Shown here in pieces: positions 36,094 through 53,811 of a stretch of 64,000 nucleotides of DNA. The position numbers and the translations under genes were made by a program. The first letter of the stretch is position 1, and every line of letters starts with the position of its first letter. The stretch is from Paraspadella gotoi (taxonomy: Eukaryota; Animalia; Chaetognatha), in assembly GCA_051294375.1 (NCBI GenBank), contig JBJCIZ010000744.1, positions 725,076-789,075 on the forward strand, read 5' to 3'. Below the pieces are notes generated by a model, which was given only the letters and a program-made list of their open reading frames with translations, did no database searches and had not been told where the DNA came from.

Positions 36094-37733
36094 CTTAATA
36101 ACCGTGACCAGATACTCTTTGGTTTCGTCTCCGCTGCACACAAATTTCCCGGCGTCGCTTCGTCTCACGTCGGAGACGCTCAGTAAATAGCGATCGTCAG
36201 ATTTGGAAAACGCGTAGCGCGGTTCCTTGAGATTTGGAAACGCCGTGACGCCGTTCGGGGACAACATCTTGTGTCCGCCGGTTTTAGCGTTGAGCCAAGA
36301 CCAGGCTGGGTTAAGGCCTGGGATCACTGGCCAAAAGTTATAATTAGGATTAAATAAGCTTGTATTCGGAAAGTGGAGGTCCAGTTGATTCTGAAAATGT
36401 ATTCACTTTATCTTCTCTCGAATCCATTGCTGTTTTTTCGAATTTTATAATACTATATAGAATAAAAGAAACCTTTCGGAAGAGTTGCGGCCCAAACGGC
36501 TAAGGGGATTTTATGAAATTTTACATAAATTTACTTGAGGACAAGGGTCCCAATTCTATGAGAGGGATTTTTCAAATTCACTTATCTTCATAAGAAAAAA
36601 AAAAGAATAAGAAAATTTTAGCATTAAATTCTAAATATCTTGAAAACTAGTAACATTTTCCAAAAATCCCTCTCATAGATTTCTCCCACCTTTCCATACT
36701 TATAAAAAATAATTTAGTTTATTTTTATTTCAAACGGTTTTAGCTCCAACTCTTTTTGTTTATTTATTTTTTATTTTTTATTTTTTTTCTGTAGATTTTA
36801 CAGAAACTGAAAGTCGAGCAAAGAACTTTAAAATCGATACGCTTTTCCAAAATCTATTTTCTTTCTAGTTTAAATGATGGCTTTACCGATCTTTAAAGTT
36901 TTATCCAAATTTTGTACAATTTTTTTTTATTAACAATGGCTGTGGCTGGGGAAAGCAGTCAGTAAACAAGGAGGAATGCTGCAAAGTGTTTATTTATTTT
37001 TTTCTCAGTCTTCGGTCAAGCTTTAATGCCAGTTTTGAAACATGGGGAACAGAAACTAAATTTCATAAGCAGAGCATGAGGATGGTCCGTCTGTGGAATC
37101 TGTAGCAGTCTATGGCACCATTGGAGGGTTGTTTTTCAAAGTGGACCCAACTTCATATGCCAGTGGACGAATGTCTTGAATTTTACAATTTTACAATTTT
37201 TAATCATTCTTTTTTTGTAATAAAATGATAATAGACATCCTGATATAAGCGTTCTGCTCTCTCTCTACATAAACGTTTATGTTTTCATCATTAATTGATT
37301 CTATAACATAATTGGAATGACTTGGTTTTAGTTGTTAGTATTACACTGAGGTAGGTGCTGTTAATTGAAAAAAAAATAAAAAATTTGCGTTTAAAAAGGA
37401 CTTTACCGTGTTGGATGAAATTTTTAAGGTTTACTGATAAAAAAAAATTGCCCGATTTTTAGTTGCCTCTTGAAGCTGAACCTTAAATCAAATTTAGAGT
37501 TTTTTTTTTTGAAACGTGAAGGAATACACTTTCTTTGACATAATAATAGATTGTACAAAGCTTTATGCAATTCTTGTTTGAATGATCCCAGGCTGCTTAA
37601 ATGAGGAAGAACACTCGAAGCGGAATTCGGATCCGGCGAGAAGAGTTAGAGATTTTGATCAACGGATTTTGAAGTGACGGAGAAATGAATGAATGGATTA
37701 AAAGGAGGTTGTATGAAGAATTTGTCGAAGCAT
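36094..37733 (-). pseudogene. Variable cassette V22, split by a TTAA-target transposon
   Basis: 5' part 37733-37597 (..LTLLAGSEFRFECSSSF, leader with stops/indels) joins 36314-36094 (NPAWSWLNAK..EPRY..DAGKFVCSGD..YLVTVI..|GT) once the insert is removed. Confidence 0.85.
36315..37596. mobile_element. Non-autonomous DNA transposon, ~1.28 kb, TTAA target-site duplication (Kolobok- or piggyBac-type target)
   Basis: TTAA at 36311-36314 and 37597-37600; inverted termini GGCCTGGGATCA ... TGATCCCAGGCTGC; removal rebuilds the codons S-F-N-P-A-W. Confidence 0.88.
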
Positions 37734-38142
37734 TGTCTTTGATGATGTGAATTATAAGATCATTGGGGCAGAATTCAAGAACAAATAAATCTCAAATTTT
37801 GGGCAACATTGAAAGTTCAAAGAGATTAAGACTGCTAGAGACCCCACGAAACAACTCTGGCCAAACAAAAGGGCGGAACTTAAAAATAGAACAAACTAAA
37901 ATGGATAAAGTTAGTTGAATATTTTAATCAAGGAAATACGTAATTTTATAATTGAATTTAATAAACTTTTAATTTTAATGAAATTTAATCGGGTTGCTAA
38001 TCTCCAATCGAGCTATGTACGGAGTTTAAAATCGAAAAGCGATGTCAAATTCCTACATGCGAGAACAACACGACTAATATTTCTCATCGAAACTTAGATA
38101 AAATAAATTAATAAGTAGCTAAGTCAATGAAAAGCTTTGTAC

Positions 38143-38472
38143 CTCCAAACGCTCAAAGAAAACTCGGTGGTCGAAGATCCGGTGCAGACGAATCGGCCAG
38201 CGTCGGCGGCCACGACTCGCTCGACGTGGATCGGAGTAGAAGATGCCTTCTTTAGCGAAGCGATAACGAGGCTCGCTCAATTGGCTCTGCGGCGCCAGTC
38301 CGTTGGAGGAGAGAACTTTAAAGGATCCAACGCCACCGATCCAATGCCAAACGGGCGCCGTCGTGGATTCGCATTTGAAGGCGACGTCTTTTCCGGTCAA
38401 AGAGGTCTTCAAAATAGATCCTGTGGCGAAGGAGGAGAATAGAAAAGTCGAGATAATTATCGGCGTAGCCAT
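38143..38472 (-). pseudogene. Most distal variable cassette V23 (frameshift in 3' half)
   Basis: MATPIIISTFLFSSFATG..FKCESTTAPVWHW..SEPRYRF.. then DAGRFVCTGSSTTEFSLSV in another frame; AG|GTAC donor. Confidence 0.82.
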
Positions 38473-39761
38473 AGTATTCGAGTATTTCGGGAGAGTCTAT
38501 ACCTCTGAATAGGCTTGAGTAAAACGCATAGAGACCCCTTGTGGTAAAATCACCAAAGTTGGAAAACAAAATGCAACGGATGAGCGGAAAAGTTCTTCAA
38601 CACTGCATCATAATCAGTTTTTATGATATATAAAGAATAGAAAACGTTGGCTTGGCGTCAAATAGTATATTACTATCAGAAATCACTCTAATAAAAACAT
38701 TCGTTTGCAAGTTAATCAACCAAAAAGGTAAACCAGCACGGCCAATTTAGAAACAGCATTGGTTAATAATAACTCAAATTATAATTTTTCGCAAAATGTA
38801 ATATATAATGTACGATTGTACATTCTACCTGTAAATCACATTTGGCAATATTAACTTGTCACTAAGATTAAAATTTTGATTCAAGAGAAGTACAAAAGTC
38901 AGGTCTGTAGGAACTTAAAATTTATACAATACTATTGGCAATAGCTTTCACTAAATGCTAACTCAAAGCCACCTGAACTTGATCAAAAACGGCAAACAAA
39001 TATGTATCACTTCTTCTTTATTTCAGAAGATGGCATCCTGGGAATACATCACTATCAGTATCAGTGTTATATTTTAAAATTTTAGTGAGCATAAATCAAT
39101 TACATACGTTTCTCTAAGAAAAATAAGGATTGACGATTTTTAGATTTGTTACGGGAAGAAACTAAAACTTTTTTGTTATGGGGTAATTAAAAAAATATTT
39201 AAAAAGGTATAAGGAATTTAGAATTAAATAAGGGAAACATATCCAATATCCATAAAACTCGATGCCTTTTAGCGTTATCACGCAGAATGGGGTTTTAAGA
39301 CTTGAGTGCAATAAATCGTTTCAAGAATTTTAGCAGACGATCCTCTCTTAAAGGTTAAGTGGAAAAGACTCGATTACAAGACCATTTTTTCTACATAATT
39401 TTATTTCGAGACGATNNNNNNNNNNTATTTCGAGACGATTTATATTGGCCAAACAATATTAAACACAATACAATTTTAATAGTAATAATAATAATAATTG
39501 ATATTGTTCGATATATTCCTAGGCAAAACGAGTCTTATTATGATAAACAAAAGCATCTTCGTGAGTAAATTTCTGGAAATCGTGGTAGCACAGGGTTACG
39601 AAAACCCGAAACAAAGAGACTAAATTGAAATGCCATGCGCTTGTGCGAAAGTCGATTACATTTTCTACTAGAAAAACGGGACCAGATTCACCCTAATCAC
39701 GGTTGTTGAAAAAAAATTCACAACTAATTGATTGAAATATTCCTAATTGGAAAATCGGTTT

Positions 39762-39795
<34 letters not shown>

Positions 39796-40062
39796 ATACT
39801 CAAACTGTTACGTAAACGTGTACGTATAAAACGTTTAACACACTTTAGTTGTTTGAGAGAAATCCCCACGGTTCTTCAAAACCATCCCCTCCCCCAACCA
39901 TATTTTTTTACGATTCGTTAATTAGAAAAAAAAGTTCGCAGCTTTTATCCAAAGTGTTCCGCCACTTTTTTTTATAAACGCCGCTGTGCGCTTCTATGTT
40001 CCCGTTCGCAGAGTCAGGGCGAGTGAGAGAAGCGAAATTCGATCGTCTGTCGCCAATCTCCA

Positions 40063-47255
<7,193 letters not shown>

Positions 47256-49456
47256 TTAGCCCTGTTTGAGGACGAAGCAGATTACGTTAAAAAAAATATA
47301 AAAGCTAAAAATCGAAAACTAATTAGAAAAAACAATGATCGTCCTGGTAAAAATACAAACAATCGATTAAAGAAGACAAAATAAAACCCGTGGCTAAATT
47401 CGATTATACCGACTCTCCCAGAAATGGGGGAGTGCAGCCGGGAAAGACGATAAATGTTAAGTTGTTAAGTTTTAACTTTAAAGCGGATTTACCTTCTTCG
47501 CTTGGCGAGAGATGGGTTCGTGGATGGAGAGAGGCGGAGATGAGATATGGAGAGAGTTTGGAGGTCGACTCGAAGTGGGAGCCGAAGGAATGCAGCCAGA
47601 GAGATCAACACAAACCGGAGAAGAAGAAGAAGAAGATGATGAAGATGAGAGGAAGACCGAGCACGCGGCGCCCCACCATCCGAGGACGGCTCAATTTCGC
47701 CACATCCTCACATTTCCGGTTCATCGCTCGTCGTCAGGGAGGAAACTTTGATTTGAGAGTCTCGAGTTTAGTTCCGAGTCGATACTGACGAAGAAACTCG
47801 GTACGGGTCGTCGTTACGGGCCACAGGAACTAGATTTTCTCGCGGAGGAACACGGACACTTTTTTTTCATCTGACCGATGTAAATAGTGCGTTTAGGCGG
47901 AGGCGAGGAAGGAGACAAAACTGAAGAAAATTGCCAAATCAGAGATTAAATTGTACCAAGTAATAAAAAAGGAGTCTTCGACAGAAATTAAAGAGACGAT
48001 TGTTTATTTAAAGTCAGATTTAAACGTTCATTTAATTGTTGGAGATAAAGAGGAGGAAGAGGAGCGGCGCGGAGTGATTCTGTTTGAAAATAAAGCGACG
48101 TCTCTCGTGTTGACCCAATTTCATCGCTCCTGCGGAATGACTGAACCTAGAGATGTAACCAAAGTCATAGGCTATGAAACAAATAAATATAGTTACTGCA
48201 AGAATATGTACAATACTAGGCGCTAAACGTAGTGTGGAATGTTTCATTCAATCGAGATCAGTTCCTGTCTTTATAAACAAACAATATAAAATTTGATAGT
48301 TTTTTTACATAATTTCATGTTTCACAAAAAAAAAAAAAAAAATAAATAAACGGTGCTTATTAGCGTATGATTGAGCACTGTTTACTTTGGAGGCTAATCA
48401 TCTAAACCTACATATCGACTAGAATCTGTAAAATAATAATGATATTACTCACTTGTAGTTGTAAACATGCTATATTACTCTGTTGCGTTAGATAGACTCT
48501 GGTTAGATAGAAATACTTTTAAGTTAGCACAACAATATATTTTTAAAAATTTCTTTTCATAAAAACTCGACAAAACCTAAACCTTTGTATAATTACTAAT
48601 TTTTGTTCTGAAATGCTAAAAAAAGTAACCAAGAACCGGTGGAACAAGCCATAGTGAGGTAGTGACTGCAATGAAGCATTCTATCGTTGCATTTTTTAAA
48701 ATTTTACTCCATAGCTTGGTAAATGGAAAACATTAATAAATTACTGAAACTAAGCTAAAACCTACCCTTTTGTCTAGCCAAATCCTTAAATTGTAAAATA
48801 AAAAAAATTTAATTACATGGATATTACAAAATTTTCATCATATGGTTGTCATTTTAATATATTAATTTTAGACTTTGTACATATTACGAATACAGCAAAA
48901 AGGATGTAGAACTCAGAAAAAGAACAATAATAGTTTTTGTTGAGAAATAAATCGATTAACGTTTTAATTTTAAGTCTAATAACTAAAAAACCACAACAAA
49001 ACGAAGTTCTGCCTAAAAAAAATCGACTAAATTTGTCACAACAAAAGTTTAATGAAAGAATTGAAAAAAAATAAGAAAAAAAATGTGTGAAAAAAGGACT
49101 GTGCCGCATGAGAACATGACATAAGAAATAAAACATTGTTAAAAGGTAAAAAGAAAGATTTAAACTATGATAGAAAAAAAGGTAAATTACGTATGCAGCT
49201 CGTAGCTAATTCAATTCTGGTATACCAGGTATTGAACCGTATTAAAAAGGGACTTTATCAACCATGTTTTATTACTTCGTTTTAATCTAAAAAAAGCATC
49301 ACAATCTGACGTCCGATTCGGTACATCAAGCGAGAACTAAACATTCCTCTACTGATTCGAGGAAGATCACACGAGGCACAGTCCCCATTATGGGCACTGA
49401 TAGATCTTGAGTTTGTGGTTTTAAAAGTAAAAGCCAAAATCTGGATCGCGATTTCT

Positions 49457-52400
49457 TTATTCCACGGCGAATCCGCAAGTTTCTTCGACGGCGCAGGTCA
49501 GCTTCTCCTTGAACTTTTCGTAGCTCTCATAAGGTGGGACGTCGATGCGGTTAAAGCAGGTGTGTGCCTTGGGCAAGTTGTCCGTTGACGCCTCCACCAG
49601 ATGAATGGTGAACAGGCGGGGACCGTTGGACCCAGTGGATCCTTGCAACGCTTTAAAACCCTGGGCAAAAAATAAAAAAAATTATCAAACTTTTTCTCAA
49701 ATAACTTTTTTTAATATAAATTGGTTATTCAAAAAATGCTATTGTAAACATAGGCATCAAATAAAGCAATAACAAAAAGAAACTAAACGAAACATAACAT
49801 ACTTGTTTCGGTTTACCTGTAACGGAACTCGAGACGATCCGGTGACGAACTGAAGCAGCCTGGCCCGCCGCTCGTCGTCCCACTCCTTGACCAGACTCCA
49901 GAACCATTTCACTACTGACGAGTCCGAATGGCATCGCTTAAGCTTCGTGTTGCTCTGTTCGGAGAGGTCATGGGTGGATTTAGCTTTTATAGAATAAGTT
50001 AAGTTCAGAAAAAATCATTAAAAATTAATAAAATCTTGTATTGACTGTAAGATTTGAATCCTAATGTAAATTTAAAAAGAACATTTCATAGAATGTCTCT
50101 CGTTTTATTTCACCTGCCAATCGTCCACGTCTATTTTCCCCAAGCCCCCGATGATGAGCTCCAGTTCCCGCTCGTCGAAGGGCTTGAGATGGTGCTGGGG
50201 TATGAGTTCGTTGAATCCTTTTTGCAGCGCCAAGAACTGCGCCTCGATCCCTCTCAAAAATGTCCACTGGACGAAGAGCTTGACGTATTCTTTCTTATTT
50301 TCCTCCGTGACTTCGATGTCTTTTCCGCCCGGCTTTAGCTCGTGCACCTGCATTTCCCCGAAGGCGTTGTGCTCCACGGAAAAGGAATTATGAATGACGC
50401 CGGTGATGTCGTTTTCCAGCAGCCAGACGAGGCCGCGATAGTGCTCTGGGTCAACCAACTCCAGGTCCTCGAGCAAGACGGGCTTGTTTAGCAGCTGCTT
50501 GTAAAAGGGCATGGTAAAGCCGCCGTCGAGATAATGGCCGTGGAAGACGGCGATTCCCAGAATCCGACCGACGAAATGAAAGTAAGAAAGATGTTCAGGA
50601 TTGACGGCCGAATCCGGGTTGATCTGAAGCGTGTAGATGTCGTCGCGGGAGTATTGAAAGAGGCCGTAGTACGGGTTGAGCATCTCGTGGGAGAGGAGGT
50701 ACAACCACTCCCGGGCGATGCCGCCGTAGTCGAGACCCTCCTCTCCCTTAAACTTGATCATTAGTTTTTTCCTCAAGTCTTTGGGACGCATTTTCATGAT
50801 CTGGCGGTAGGATTCTTCGAAGATCTCCTCGCGATTGACTTCGAGTCGACAGTGTCCGCTCTGTGGTTGAAGGGGTTGCAGTTCGGCACGCAAGGCACGC
50901 AATTTCTGGACTAGATCTCGTTTCTGTTTAGGCACAGGTGAATCCGATGAGTGACCCTCGAAAGGCGCCTCCTGGGAAATCACATTCTGCTGCGGCGGCG
51001 TCGGTGGTAGGTCCGAAGCCGGCGTGGTCGCCGGGGTGGAGGGTGAGAGGGAGATGGTGAGTGGGGGATTGGGAGTGGCGCAGGGGTTAGAGGGAGGGTG
51101 TGCTGGAGGAGGCGTGGAAGTGACTGGCATATCCGTTAATCTTTGCTCGCTGGTGGGTGTGGAAAGAGGGAAGTTGGCGAGGGCCGATGGGAAAGACTGG
51201 GAACTGGTCACGGCGCTAGAGACCGACGTGACAGTGGGAGGCGGTGTGACAACGGTGGATGTCGGTTGCGGCGTCGTGGGCGTCGCGATCGGGTGAAAAG
51301 GCGGCGGCGTTGAGGATTGTAGCACCACAGAACTCCTCAAAGCTCTTGAGTTTCTGACGCCTCCGCTCCTTAACTGCGTCGGCGCCTGTACAGCTGGCGT
51401 TGGCGCCTCCCCGGACTCTGCGGGGCCGGGAACCGCCTGATCCCCGTCGGATCCATCGCGCGGCGCGCCGCAGAGGCTGTCGAGATTCGAAGTGATGCGC
51501 GGATCAGTGAACTGGGTGGTGCGAGTGTTGTGATTCACGAAATAAATCCTTCCAGTGGCAGTGTGACGAATCTCCCAGCCAGGCGGGAGAGGGCCGAGGT
51601 CGCCCTCGTTGATCTGCAAATCCCGAGGCACGCGGGGATCGTGCCACGTAGACACGCCAGTCTGCGTGTGGAGGAAGTAGATCTGTCCCTGCTGCGTCGT
51701 CCGCTGCTCGTAGCCATCGGGCAGCGACACGGGCTCATGGAGCTGCGTGCGGCTCATGTAGTTCCGGCGCATGACGCTGCGTCGTCGCGGCTGAGCGCGT
51801 TCCTCCGAGGACGACAACGGCGTCGTCGCCAACGCCGTCTGGGTGGCGGCGACGGGCGGCGGCGGCGGTAGAGACTCGGTCGACGCCGACGCGAGATTTG
51901 CCGGAGGCGGTCGTATCGGCGAGCCCGGTCCGGCAGAAACGGGCGACGTTGGCGGATTGTTGTTGTCTGCACCGGCGGCGGCGAGAGCGGGGTTTTCGGC
52001 GACGTACTCGACGGCGGGACGCGAGGGTCTCTCCCAGTGTGTCGTCCGCGTGACGTGATTGAGGTACTGAATCCTCCCGGTCGCCGTCCGCCGTTCCGAC
52101 CAACCTTCCGGCATCTCGTCCGGGTCCGTCTGTGGCGGGAGATCCGCGGGGGATCCGTAGGTCGGGGTCAGGTTGCCGCAGTCGTCGGCGACGGCGTTGT
52201 GGCTTCCGACTCCGCGGTCGCGAGACATGAGCGAGATGACGATCTGACCCTTGACTTGCTCGTTCTCCGTCTCGCCGCTCTTCATCAGCTCCAGTTTCTG
52301 ATAACCGGTGTCCTTCAATCTTTGGATGTTGCTGGAGAGTAGACGCACGCAGCCGAGAAAACCAGCGCCTTGCTTCTTGTTTATTTTTCTGAAATACACA

Positions 52401-53811
52401 AACAATTGAAAAGTATAAACTCGAACAACACAAAATGAAAATCTCTTGAAAATGACACACGACAGCCCGCCGTTAAAAAAAATCGTCATTTGCAAACTTG
52501 TGAAGATTTTTTTAATCTAAAATATTTTTTCTGGAGTAAAAAACCTAAATCATTTTTATATCCCAATTTCATATTGATTGGTTAATGGTTCTGATTTGAC
52601 TTGGCAATGACCGGGAAAAAGTTGTTTTAAAAATCATCTTTCTTTTTAAAAAACAAATCTTTTTTTTTAAATTTTTTTTCCCAAATTTATGAACATTTTT
52701 TAAAGAACCTTTACATAAAAAGGTATCAATATTAATATCTTCTGAAAGATCTTGAAAAATTGAAAAAAATGAAATATTTAAAAATATTGTAACATGAAAA
52801 TAAGCTTAACCAGCTTTAATTTAATCAAGATAATTCAAATTTAAATAATAAAATCCTAAAATATATTTTTCAAAAATCTGACCTATTTTCACTTTAATGA
52901 TCACACCAATTATTGTTTATATAGGCTCATAAAAAAGCTTAAAAAAAAATTTTAAATAGCTAACATTAATTTAATAATTCTTCCAAAACTACTCTTTAGG
53001 AATTTTTAATTTAATAATTATCTTAATTTTAATTACCTTTTTTTATTTAATGCTGGATAAGCTAATTTTTATATTACAGTATTTTCTTCATTCTTCATAT
53101 TTTTAAGATCTTTCAGAAGATATTAATATATATTAAACATTTTTTTAAAAATTTATATAAAAAGGTATTAATATTATTAATACCTTTTTATATAAATTTT
53201 TAAAAAAATGTTTAAAATATTAGACAAACAGATTAAAAAAAAATGGAATTTTAAAATGAAACACAATTTTGAAGGAAACTTTTCTACGCTCATTGCCAAG
53301 TCAAATCAAAACCAATCAATATAAAATTTGGATATATAAATGATTTACATTTTTACTAAATAACATCGTTTTTTTTTGCAACAAAATTTTGATATTCCTA
53401 AGTTGATACTAGTTATACGAAAGATCTAAATTATAATTCATATTTTCTTATATAATAACGTAAAATACCTGTGATTCCATATGCTGATCGTAACGGAATC
53501 GTTTTTCCCAATGAATAGATCGTAATGCTGATTCCATTTGGGATCCAACGTCGCTTTCGATGTTTCTATGCAAAATGTAAAAGAAAATTTAACGCTTGAT
53601 TATTAGTAATAACAAAAATGATGAGTAATATCGATCAATCAATCAATTTACCAGTGCAGTGACATTGTCCGGATCCGTCGACGCTGATTTTGGCGAAAGG
53701 GTCGGGCAGCCGGAAAAAGTCCTTCTTGACAAGGTTCTTGGCGCACAGCACGGTCAGGCGGATCTTGGCCGGCTGTTGGCGCCCCGCCGAGGACCGCGAG
53801 GCGTTGGCCAT
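49457..53811 (-). CDS. Smurf: Smurf-type HECT E3 ubiquitin ligase (C2, three WW, HECT); exons 53811-53652, 53565-53469, 52388-50114, 49954-49817, 49660-49457
   Basis: [36 protein letters not shown] (Smurf C2); WW domains [39 protein letters not shown]; HECT ending [23 protein letters not shown]; GT-AG introns. Confidence 0.96.
52535..53357. mobile_element. AT-rich foldback/MITE-like element in Smurf intron 2
   Basis: Long imperfect inverted arms (e.g. TGATTTGACTTGGCAATGA ~52592 vs TCATTGCCAAGTCAAATCA ~53290; ATATCTTCTGAAAGATCTT vs AAGATCTTTCAGAAGATAT) plus an internal near-perfect ~85 bp palindrome at ~53132-53218. Confidence 0.75.

Larger units (their letters stand above)
4731..38572 (-). 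promoter_or_regulatory. Repeated bipartite upstream element, one per V cassette (plus-strand TAGAGAC ... AAACAAAAG)
   Basis: Plus-strand heptamer starts include 4731, 5344, 5994, 6681, 7276, 7931, 8588, 9225, 9730, 20223, 21451, 27014, 27893, 33247, 33926, 34857, 35898, 37836, 38529; each is 50-155 bp upstream of a cassette ATG with an A-rich nonamer 19-39 bp further upstream. Promoter function is inferred. Confidence 0.75.

Noticed and set aside
3434-38472. V cassettes as internal mutually exclusive exons (insect Dscam1 type) or one long multi-Ig protein
   Set aside because: Each has its own ATG and signal peptide, no consistent upstream acceptor is seen, and no common leader exon was found between V23 and the FoxK 3' end.
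42-38472. Naming the locus Dscam/sDscam, TCR/Ig, VCBP or FREP
   Set aside because: No FNIII repeats, J segments, chitin-binding or fibrinogen domain in the constant region; no gene symbol can be supported.
50151-52460. Antisense and alternative-frame ORFs over Smurf (and likewise over FoxK exons)
   Set aside because: Shadow ORFs expected from GC-rich codons of the real genes.
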